From contig CAVXXK010000001.1 of the NCBI GenBank assembly GCA_963765675.1, positions 704,001 to 768,000 of the forward strand: a stretch of 64,000 bases of DNA. The letters run 5' to 3'. The notes beneath the pieces were generated by a model. That model was given only the letters and a program-made list of their open reading frames with translations. It was not told the DNA's origin and did no database searches. Numbering within the stretch: position 1 is the stretch's first letter; each line of letters opens with the position of its first letter. This DNA comes from an uncultured delta proteobacterium (lineage in GTDB: Bacteria > Desulfobacterota > Binatia > Binatales > Binataceae). Below are positions 27,678 to 35,444 of the stretch, in pieces. A program made the translations under genes and the position numbers.

Positions 27678-28343
27678 TTGAACCGGTCCGTTCCGTGGCG
27701 ATGGCGAATCACGGCGCGCACTTTGATCGTGCGGTTTCCTGTTCCTTATCGCACGCTCGGCTGGGCTCCGCTCGGCGGCGGCTATGCGCGCACCCGGCTC
27801 ATCAGCAATCACCAGGTTGACAAATCTGATCGCCGCGCGACCGAGGCTCCGCAAATTGTTTTGCGCCGATGGATCCGCGCACTCGAGCCGGGAGCGGGTG
27901 CCGCCGTATCAATGATGACCGGGGCGCAGGTCGGCAACGCCGTCTACGTATGCGTGCGGCGAGGCGCGCTGGCAGTTGCCGCGTGGTGCACCGCGGGATG
28001 CTCCAATGCGCTGCGCGCGGGCGATCGCGCGACGGTTGCCGACACGCGGCCCGGCACGATCAACCTGATCGTCGCGATAAACGAGCCTCTGGGCGACGCC
28101 GCACTGGCCGAAGCGATCCAGATCGCGACCGAGGCGCGCGTGCTCGCGGTCCAGCAGACGGCACTCATGAGCACACGTTCGGGACTGCCCGCGACCGGAA
28201 CCGGCACGGACTGTATCGTGATCGCGGCGCCCGCCGGCCCGCGTGCGCATCCGTGGTGCGGCAAGCATACGCTTTTGGGCGAGCTGATCGCACGCGCTGC
28301 CCTCAAGAGCTGCGCCCGCGCGCTCGCGCGCAGCCGGTCGTGA
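27678..28343 (+). CDS. cbiZ: Adenosylcobinamide amidohydrolase
   Basis: TAGCSNA, PGTINLIV, ATEA, ATGTGTDC, GKHT. Confidence 0.85.
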   Translation: MNRSVPWRWRITARTLIVRFPVPYRTLGWAPLGGGYARTRLISNHQVDKSDRRATEAPQIVLRRWIRALEPGAGAAVSMMTGAQVGNAVYVCVRRGALAVAAWCTAGCSNALRAGDRATVADTRPGTINLIVAINEPLGDAALAEAIQIATEARVLAVQQTALMSTRSGLPATGTGTDCIVIAAPAGPRAHPWCGKHTLLGELIARAALKSCARALARSRS

Positions 28344-29308
28344 GCTACGCATTCCATCTTTCTATTCCGATGCTGGCTGCGGCGCTCGCGCTTGACCTTA
28401 TGCTCGGCGATCCGCGATGGCTGCCGCATCCGGTGCGCGCGCTCGGGATGCTTATTGAAAGAGGCGAACATCTCCTGCGCACCGGCGACGCGAGGCGCGA
28501 TCTCGTGCGCGGCGCGATCCTGACGGCGTGCGTCGTCGGAATCTCGGTAGGCGCGGCGTGGGCGATTGTCGCGCTCGCGAACTGGATTCATCCGCTAGTG
28601 GGTGCCCTCGCGGCAATTGGGGTCGCGTGGACGACGCTTGCGCTATGCGGCCTCGATCAGGCTGCGGGCGCGGTGGAAGGCGCGCTGGCGGCCGGCGACG
28701 ATGGAGCTGCCCGGCGCGCAATTCCCGCATTGGTGGGGCGCGACCCGGACGCTCTGGATCGTGCAGGGATGGCGCAGGCATGCGTCGAATCGGTGGCCGA
28801 AAACGCGAGCGACGGTGTGATCGCGCCGCTTCTATATCTGTTCGCGGGCGGACCCGTCGCCGCGATCGCCTACAAGGCGATCAATACGCTCGATTCGATG
28901 ATCGGATACCGCGACGAGCGCTACCTGTATTTCGGCCGCGCCGCCGCGCGCCTCGACGACGTCGCCAACTGGATCCCTGCGCGCCTGAGCGCGATCTGTA
29001 TTGCGATCGCGGCACAGTTAACCGCAGGCCGTGCGCGCGAAGCCGCCGCCGTGGTCATTTCCGACGCGCGGTCGCACGCGAGCCCCAATGCGGGTTACCC
29101 CGAAGCCGCGATGGCCGGAGCGCTGGGCGTGAGGCTCGGCGGCGCCGCGATCTACGGCGGTGAGCTCGAGCAGCGCGCGGTCCTGGGTAAATCCGGACGC
29201 GAAGCGGGCGTCGCGGATATCGGCGCCGCACGAAACCTGTTGCGCATCGCGACGCTCGTCGCATTCGTCGTGCTTGCAGCGGCGCGCTCGATCCTCCAAA
29301 TGTTGTGA
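28340..29308 (+). CDS. cbiB: Adenosylcobinamide-phosphate synthase
   Basis: GDPRWLPHPV, LVGRD, ESVAENASDG, YKAINTLDSMIGY, SPNAGYPEAAMAG. Confidence 0.95.
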   Translation: MSYAFHLSIPMLAAALALDLMLGDPRWLPHPVRALGMLIERGEHLLRTGDARRDLVRGAILTACVVGISVGAAWAIVALANWIHPLVGALAAIGVAWTTLALCGLDQAAGAVEGALAAGDDGAARRAIPALVGRDPDALDRAGMAQACVESVAENASDGVIAPLLYLFAGGPVAAIAYKAINTLDSMIGYRDERYLYFGRAAARLDDVANWIPARLSAICIAIAAQLTAGRAREAAAVVISDARSHASPNAGYPEAAMAGALGVRLGGAAIYGGELEQRAVLGKSGREAGVADIGAARNLLRIATLVAFVVLAAARSILQML

Positions 29309-29345
29309 AGAGCCTTGCGTGACTCATTCCAGTGAACTGATTCGT

Positions 29346-30419
29346 ATGAGCTCAATTCCTATCGACCGGCGGCACGGCGGTAATCCTCCCGTTGGCACGC
29401 TCGATTTCAGCGCGAGCATCAACCCTCTGGGACCGCCGGCGGCGGCGATCGCCGCGTATCACGACGCCGCCGCGCGGATCAGCGCGTATCCTCCTGCGCG
29501 CAGCGAGCGGCTCGAGCGCGCGCTCGCGAAGTGGTTCGCTGTCGAGCCCGCCAATGTTCTGGCTGGAAGCGGCACCACCCAGTTGATTCATCTGCTGGCG
29601 CGTACTCTCGGCGTGGCGCGCGCCGCGATCGCGATCCCGACCTTCAGCGAATTCGCCAACGCCCTCGCGATAGCCGGCGTTTCCACCGCGCCGATCTATC
29701 TCGATCCAGATCGCGGCTACGCGCTCGATCTCGCCGGGATCGACGGCGCACTCTCTGCCGGTGCCCGCGCGATTTTTATCGGGCGACCGAATAGCCCGAC
29801 CGGCTCGATGCTCGCCGCTGACACCATTCGCGAGATAGCCGATCGCTGCACGAACCGCGGCGCAGTCTGCGTCCTCGACGAGGCGTTCATCGATTTCGCG
29901 GAGGCGGAATCGTCAGCGCAGCTCGCAGCATCGCGCACCGGCCTTTTCGTCCTGCGCTCGCTCACCAAGTGTTTCGCGATTCCCGGTCTGCGACTCGGAT
30001 GCATCATCTCGGCGCCTGCCGCAATCGCTAACCTCGCCACGTCGATCGAGCCGTGGTCGGTGAACGTCGCCGCCGAGGCGGTCGGGCTTGCGTGTCTCGC
30101 CGAGGCGCATGGATTCCTCGCGCATACGCGCCAGGTGGTCGCGGCCGAGCGGAAATTCCTTGTGCGCGCTCTCGGTGCGATCGACGGGATTCACGTTTTT
30201 CCTTCGGCTGCCAATTTCCTGATGCTGCGAATCTCGGACGAGCCGGCGCCGGGCGCTTTCGCCGCGCATCTGCTGAACGACGGGATCGTGATACGCGATC
30301 TGGCGACGATGCCGGCTGCGGGCGCGGGACTCTACCGGATCGGAATCCGGTTGCGCGCCGACAATGAGCGCCTGATCGGCGCCGCGACGCGGTGGCCAGC
30401 CGCAAGGGCGGCAGGTTGA
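29346..30419 (+). CDS. cobD: L-threonine-O-3-phosphate decarboxylase
   Basis: HGG, LDFSASINPLG, PNSPTG, DEAFIDF, RSLTKCFAIPGLRLG. Confidence 0.85.
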   Translation: MSSIPIDRRHGGNPPVGTLDFSASINPLGPPAAAIAAYHDAAARISAYPPARSERLERALAKWFAVEPANVLAGSGTTQLIHLLARTLGVARAAIAIPTFSEFANALAIAGVSTAPIYLDPDRGYALDLAGIDGALSAGARAIFIGRPNSPTGSMLAADTIREIADRCTNRGAVCVLDEAFIDFAEAESSAQLAASRTGLFVLRSLTKCFAIPGLRLGCIISAPAAIANLATSIEPWSVNVAAEAVGLACLAEAHGFLAHTRQVVAAERKFLVRALGAIDGIHVFPSAANFLMLRISDEPAPGAFAAHLLNDGIVIRDLATMPAAGAGLYRIGIRLRADNERLIGAATRWPAARAAG

Positions 30420-30459
30420 TACGCACGCGCCTGCGTGATGCGATAGCCGCGAACTTCCG

Positions 30460-31524
30460 ATGACCCTGCTTGAAGAAACAATCGCCGCGATCGCCCCGCT
30501 CGACGAAGCCGCCGCGCGCGCCGCCAGGACACGGCTCGATTCGCTCACCAAACCTCCCGGCAGCCTCGGAAGCCTTGAGGATATCGTGCAGCGCTACGCG
30601 GCTATTCGCGGCGATGGCTTGGCGCGGATGGGCAGCGGTACGCTTGCGGTGTTCGTGGCGGATCATGGTATCGCCGACGAAGGCGTCAGCGCATTTCCCC
30701 AAGCCGTCACGCTCGAGATGCTGCGCAATATCGCCGGCGGCGGCGCGGCGATAAGCGTTCTCGCGCGGCGCCTCGGCTACCAACTTGTCGTCGTCGACGT
30801 CGGCGTGAAGAGTGACACTAGTGCGTCGCCGCTTGCGGGCGTCACTTATCGACGAATCGGCTCGGGCACCAAGAATTTCGCGCACGGACCCTCAATGAAC
30901 GCGCGCGAGGTGCTCCGCGCGCTCGCGGCGGGCATCGAAATTGCCCGGCAGATTGCCGCGTCGGGCGCGACGCTGATCGGGATCGGTGAGATGGGTATCG
31001 CCAACAGCACCTCGGCCGCGGCAATCCTGTGCGCGACGACCGGACTTGCGCCCGCGGAGCTTGCGGGACGCGGAACCGGACTCGACGACGCAGGCGTGCG
31101 CCACAAGATCGGCGTGCTCGAACGCGCACTCGCGCGTCATCGCGATGCGCTCGTCAGCGGCGAAGCGATTCTGGCGTCAGTCGGCGGATTCGAGATCGCC
31201 GCGATGGCGGGAGTATGCATCGCAGGCGCAGCGCTGCGCATTCCGGTCGTGGTCGACGGATTTATCGCGACCGCGGCGGCGGCGGCAGCCGAGCGAATCC
31301 GTCCGGGCCTGTTCGATTACCTGTTTTTCGCGCATCGCTCGGCCGAGGGCGGCCATTCGCGCGCACTCGAACGGATGCGCGTGCGGCCGCTTCTCGACCT
31401 CGGGATGCGCCTGGGCGAGGGGACGGGCGCCGCGCTTGCGATGAACCTGATCGAGGCTGCGGTCGCGATGTTTCACTCGATGGCGACGTTCGAGTCGGCC
31501 GGCGTTTCGGGCAAGCTGCCGTAG
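30460..31524 (+). CDS. cobT: Nicotinate-nucleotide:DMB phosphoribosyltransferase
   Basis: LTKPPGSLG, ADHGI, GEMGIANST, MRLGEGTGA. Confidence 0.95.
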   Translation: MTLLEETIAAIAPLDEAAARAARTRLDSLTKPPGSLGSLEDIVQRYAAIRGDGLARMGSGTLAVFVADHGIADEGVSAFPQAVTLEMLRNIAGGGAAISVLARRLGYQLVVVDVGVKSDTSASPLAGVTYRRIGSGTKNFAHGPSMNAREVLRALAAGIEIARQIAASGATLIGIGEMGIANSTSAAAILCATTGLAPAELAGRGTGLDDAGVRHKIGVLERALARHRDALVSGEAILASVGGFEIAAMAGVCIAGAALRIPVVVDGFIATAAAAAAERIRPGLFDYLFFAHRSAEGGHSRALERMRVRPLLDLGMRLGEGTGAALAMNLIEAAVAMFHSMATFESAGVSGKLP

Positions 31525-31529
31525 TCGCG

Positions 31530-32312
31530 ATGAGCACCGCGCCAGACACCGGGCCTCTCGACTCGCCTGTGCGGGGCGTGGTCGCAGAGTTGCGCATAGC
31601 GGCGAGCTTTCTGACGATCGTTCCGATTCTTCCACGCAACCGGATCGACGATGAATCGGTCGCGGCGTCCTTTGGATGGTTCCCGCTTGTCGGGTTCGCG
31701 ATCGCGGTCGTTCTTTCGCTCGAGGATTTTATTCTCGCGCGATTTTTCGACCTGACGATTCGCTCGATCCTGATCGTGCTCTCGCTGACGATCGTCACCG
31801 GCGCGCTGCATCTGGACGGACTCGCCGACACGGCGGATGCTCTCGGCGCGGGCCGCGATCGCGATCGTGCGCTGGAGATTCTGCGCGATAGCCGGATCGG
31901 CAGCTTCGGCACCGCGGCGATTTTTTTCGCGCTCACGCTTAAGGTTGTCGCGCTCGCGACGCTCTACGGAGCGCGTCGTTACACCGCGATCTTTGCGGCG
32001 GTCGGACTCGCGCGCTGGGCGATGGTTGCAGTCGCGGAACGCGTTCCCTATCTGCGCGCGGAGGGCGCGGGCAGTGCGCTGCTCGGCGGCGAATCCGGGA
32101 TGCGGAATCTGTCGATCGCGAGCTTGACGGTCGTGGCCGCGATGCTTCCGCTCATCTCATGGACCGTGCTCTCCGCAATCATCAGCGCGATTGTAATCGT
32201 TCTCGCGATGCGCGCGTTCTACCGCCGATGGCTTGGTGGAGTTACAGGCGACCTGATCGGCGCGTGCGGCGAAATCGTCGAGGTCGCGGTGTTGATCATC
32301 TTTGCACGCTGA
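31530..32312 (+). CDS. cobS: Adenosylcobinamide-GDP ribazoletransferase (cobalamin synthase)
   Basis: TGALHLDGLADTAD, RDSRIGSFG, GGVTGDLIGA. Confidence 0.95.
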   Translation: MSTAPDTGPLDSPVRGVVAELRIAASFLTIVPILPRNRIDDESVAASFGWFPLVGFAIAVVLSLEDFILARFFDLTIRSILIVLSLTIVTGALHLDGLADTADALGAGRDRDRALEILRDSRIGSFGTAAIFFALTLKVVALATLYGARRYTAIFAAVGLARWAMVAVAERVPYLRAEGAGSALLGGESGMRNLSIASLTVVAAMLPLISWTVLSAIISAIVIVLAMRAFYRRWLGGVTGDLIGACGEIVEVAVLIIFAR

Positions 32313-32320
32313 ATCTGGCG

Positions 32321-32848
32321 CTATTTCACGCGTACCGGATATCCGGCGACCATCAGGATCACTTCGGTTGCGGCCTTCGCGATCGTTTGATTGGTCCATC
32401 CGAGCAGATCCCGAAAGCGGCGCGCGATGGGATTGTTCGGCACGATCGCGGAACCGACCTCGTCGGTTATGACGAGCGTGGCAAACGGCGCCGCGAGCAT
32501 CACCCGCGCCAGCGTGTCTGCGTCGGCGGTGAACGACTCTTCACTCTCGATGGAGTAAATCCGCATCAGGTTGGAAACCCAAAGCGTCAAACAATCGAGC
32601 ACGACCAGGTCCGCTCGAGTGCCGAGCCCCTTGAGCGTGCTGGCGAGATTGACCGGCTCTTCGATCGTGGTGAAATCCGCGGCGCGATCGGACCTGTGAC
32701 GCTCGATACGCGCCGTCATCTCGTCGTCGAGCGCTTCCGCGGTTGCAACGAAATAGCGCCGCGCGCCCGCGTAACGATCCGCGAGCGCGAGTGCGTGCGC
32801 GCTCTTTCCGCTGCGTGCCCCACCGGTTATCAGCGTGATCTTTCCCAT
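32321..32848 (-). CDS. cobU: Adenosylcobinamide kinase/guanylyltransferase
   Basis: GGARSGKS, RIERHR, DCLTLWVSN, EVGSAIVP, FRDLLG; start MGKIT at 32848. Confidence 0.95.
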   Translation of the reverse strand: MGKITLITGGARSGKSAHALALADRYAGARRYFVATAEALDDEMTARIERHRSDRAADFTTIEEPVNLASTLKGLGTRADLVVLDCLTLWVSNLMRIYSIESEESFTADADTLARVMLAAPFATLVITDEVGSAIVPNNPIARRFRDLLGWTNQTIAKAATEVILMVAGYPVRVK

Positions 32849-32911
32849 CGAGGATTCGAGACTACACCGCTGCCGCGCCCGCTTCGAATCGGATCCGCCG
32901 GTCGCAGCCGG

Positions 32912-32940
32912 TTGACTACGAAACTCTTCGGGCGTAATTC
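32912..32940 (+). promoter_or_regulatory. Probable sigma70 promoter for riboswitch-btuB
   Basis: TTGACT-N17-TAATTC immediately before the aptamer. Confidence 0.5.
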
Positions 32941-32949
32941 TTTGCCCGC

Positions 32950-33118
32950 GCCCGGTGTTCGGGAAGCCGGTGAAATTCCGGCGCTGCCCCGCAACTGTGA
33001 CGGGGGACGACGGCCCATCAATGCCACTGCCTTTGCGGCGGGAAGGCGGGCCCGAGGACGAACCCCAAGCCAGGAGACCGGCCGGGCCACTAATGTCTGC
33101 CTTCCGCGGGGAGGGTGG
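32950..33118 (+). ncRNA. Cobalamin riboswitch
   Basis: GGTG..GGGAAGCCGGTGAAATTCCGGCGCTGCCCCCGCAACTGT, GCCACTG..GGGAAGG, AGCCAGGAGACCGGCC (B12 box); downstream loop CGCGGG complementary to CCCGC. Confidence 0.95.
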
Positions 33119-33141
33119 CGGCGAGCCGCACACGGCTCGAA

Positions 33142-33174
33142 GCCCGATCCTTTCGCGCAAGGGATCGGGTTTTT
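33142..33174 (+). terminator. Riboswitch attenuator terminator
   Basis: GCCCGATCCTTT-CGCGC-AAGGGATCGGGT followed by TTTT, upstream of the btuB RBS. Confidence 0.75.
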
Positions 33175-33228
33175 CGATCTCTAGCGCGAGACTCCTTCGC
33201 GATTGGCGGCACGAACGCGGAGGAGTTC

Positions 33229-35298
33229 ATGTCACGCATAGCCTGTCTTATCTCGATCACGTTTTTGGTCATCGTGTTGGGGCGCCAAGCGCGCGCGCAG
33301 CATCGTCGCCAACTCCGTCAGCAACTCCCTCATCGACACCGTCGGCTCGGGCAACCCAGTCCGCCAGCTCGACGGGCGCCGCCGCCGCGCCGGCCGCGTC
33401 GCCATCGCCGAGTGAGAACCAGCTCAAGACGATGGTTGTGACGGCGACCCGAATCCGGCAGCCGGTAGGAGAGATCGGCACCACGGTCAGCGTGATCGAC
33501 AGCGAGCAGATCGATTCGCAGAAGATCGAGCACGTCGGCACGGCGCTGGAACAGGTGCCCGGGAGTTCAGATCACGCAGGACGGATCGCCGGGGACCGAG
33601 ACCGACGTTTCGATTCGCGGCTCAACCTCGGCCGAGACGCTGATCATGATCGACGGGGTCCCGGCCAACAGCGGATCGAGCGGCGGGTTCGATATCTCAA
33701 ATCTGACCACCGACAATATCGACCAGATCGAGGTGCTACGCGGCGCGGGCGGCTCGCTGTATGGCTCGGAGGCGATTGGCGGAGTGGTCAATATCCTGTC
33801 GCAGGAAGGCGAAGGCGCTCCGCATTTCTCGCTGCTGTCCGAGGGCGGAAACCGCGCGACCCAGCGCCAGGTATTGACGGCGTCGGGCTCCGAGAACCAA
33901 CTCGATTTCTCGGGCGCGCTTTCGTATTTCTCGACCCAGGGTTTTCGTCCGGTCAACGATAGCTCCGACAATCTGGCCGGCAACTTGCGGCTCGACTACC
34001 ACTTGACCGACGATACGATCATCCGCGGTTTTGCGCGCTATTACCGCGCGAACGTCAGCCTGCCGGATTTTTCGGTGTCGAATTTTCCGCCGATCGCAGA
34101 CAACCCGACCGCGCATCAGCGCAGCGAGTTCATGCTCTTCAATGGCGTGATCGAGCATCACTTCGGCGAGCATCTGGTGGCGACAGCCAATGCATTCTTC
34201 GTTCGCAACGAGATCCGCATCAACGAGGTTCCGTTTGCGGACTTCGCGGGGAGTGAAGTCGATCGGATTCCCGACGAGACCCGCGGCGGAGAGCTCAACG
34301 CCGTCTACACCTGGGCCAAGGGGTTCCGCACTCTGGCGGGGTTTTCTTTCAAAGACCTGTGGTCTCGCGACTATGGTTCCGACATATTCCCACCTTCGAC
34401 GGTCCCTTCGACCTCGGTCTTCAACGCGCGCCGCCAGGAATACGCCGGCTACCTAGAGCAGGAGGCCTCGCTCTTCGACGGCCATCTGCTGGCGACCGGA
34501 GGTTTCCGCGTCGATGGCAACAGCCAGTTCGGCAAAGAGGTCAGTCCGTCGTGGTCGGTTGCGATTCCGATCAAGAAAATCTCGACCACGTTGCGCGGCA
34601 GCTACAGCGAGGGTTTTCGCGCTCCCGCGTTCGACGAACTCTACTTTCCCGGCTTCGGCAATCCGGATTTGAAGCCGGAAATCTCGAGCGAGTACGACGG
34701 CGGCTTCACCACCAACTTCGGCGAGTTGGCTTCGATCACCACCACTTATTTTTCGCGGCGGGTGCATGACCTGATCGTCTCGGTTCCTTGCACCTTTGGC
34801 CCTGGATGCGAATTCGGCGCGCTGCCGGGAAACGCCGGACGCGTCGACGTACAGGGAGTCGAGGTCGCGCCGAGCATCACGCCGCTACCCGGACTGAGCT
34901 TCGGCGGCAGCGTGACGATAATCGACGAGACTCACGTCTCGGTCACTCCAAGCGCGCAACCGCTACGAGTACCCAAGCATTCCGCACAAGCCCTGCTGCA
35001 ATACACCCGTGGAGACGTGTTCAGGGCGCGCGACAAGATCACCACGAGTCTCGCATACACGTTCGTCGGCGACCGCGACGACATCACGAGCGAGGGCACG
35101 ATCGCGAATCATGTCGCGTACAGTCGCTTCGACCTGGTCGCGTCGTACGCGCTCGGCGCGCCGTGGCAGTGGGTCACCGATGAAGAGGCCTTCGCACGAG
35201 TCTCGAATCTTCTCGATCGCCACTACGAGGCAGCCTTCGGCTTTCCTTCTCCGCCGGTAAATTTCGTCGCAGGAGTGAAGGTGGACTTGCAGCCGTGA
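33229..35298 (+). CDS. btuB: TonB-dependent cobalamin receptor with two apparent frameshifts (~33300, ~33561)
   Basis: GGAGGAG RBS and signal peptide MSRIACL; TonB box MVVTATR; IDGVP, IEVLRGAGGSLYGSEAIGGVVNI, FRAPAFDELY; follows a B12 riboswitch. Confidence 0.85.
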
Positions 35299-35317
35299 GG
35301 ACGTCGGAAGAAAAGAG

Positions 35318-35426
35318 CAAGCGGCCACTAAGACACAAAGACACAAAGAAGAAGCCGGCCTTTCCGTTAGGAAAGACCCCCCTCATTTTCTTTTTCTTCG
35401 TGTCTTAGTGTCTTAGTGGCCGCTTG
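35318..35426. repeat. Inverted-repeat element built from 8-bp GTCTTNGT units (REP/MITE-like)
   Basis: CAAGCGGCCACTAAGACACAAAGACACAAAGAAGAA ... TTCTTCGTGTCTTAGTGTCTTAGTGGCCGCTTG between convergent btuB and glnE. Confidence 0.85.
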
Positions 35427-35444
35427 GAAATTCTTGCGTTGGGG

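Noticed and set aside
33298-33565. Programmed or phase-variable frameshifting in btuB
   Set aside because: No slippery heptamer or long repeat tract; similar indels in unrelated genes favour assembly error
35318-35426. CRISPR array
   Set aside because: Repeats are inverted 8-bp periodic units with no repeat-spacer series and no cas genes
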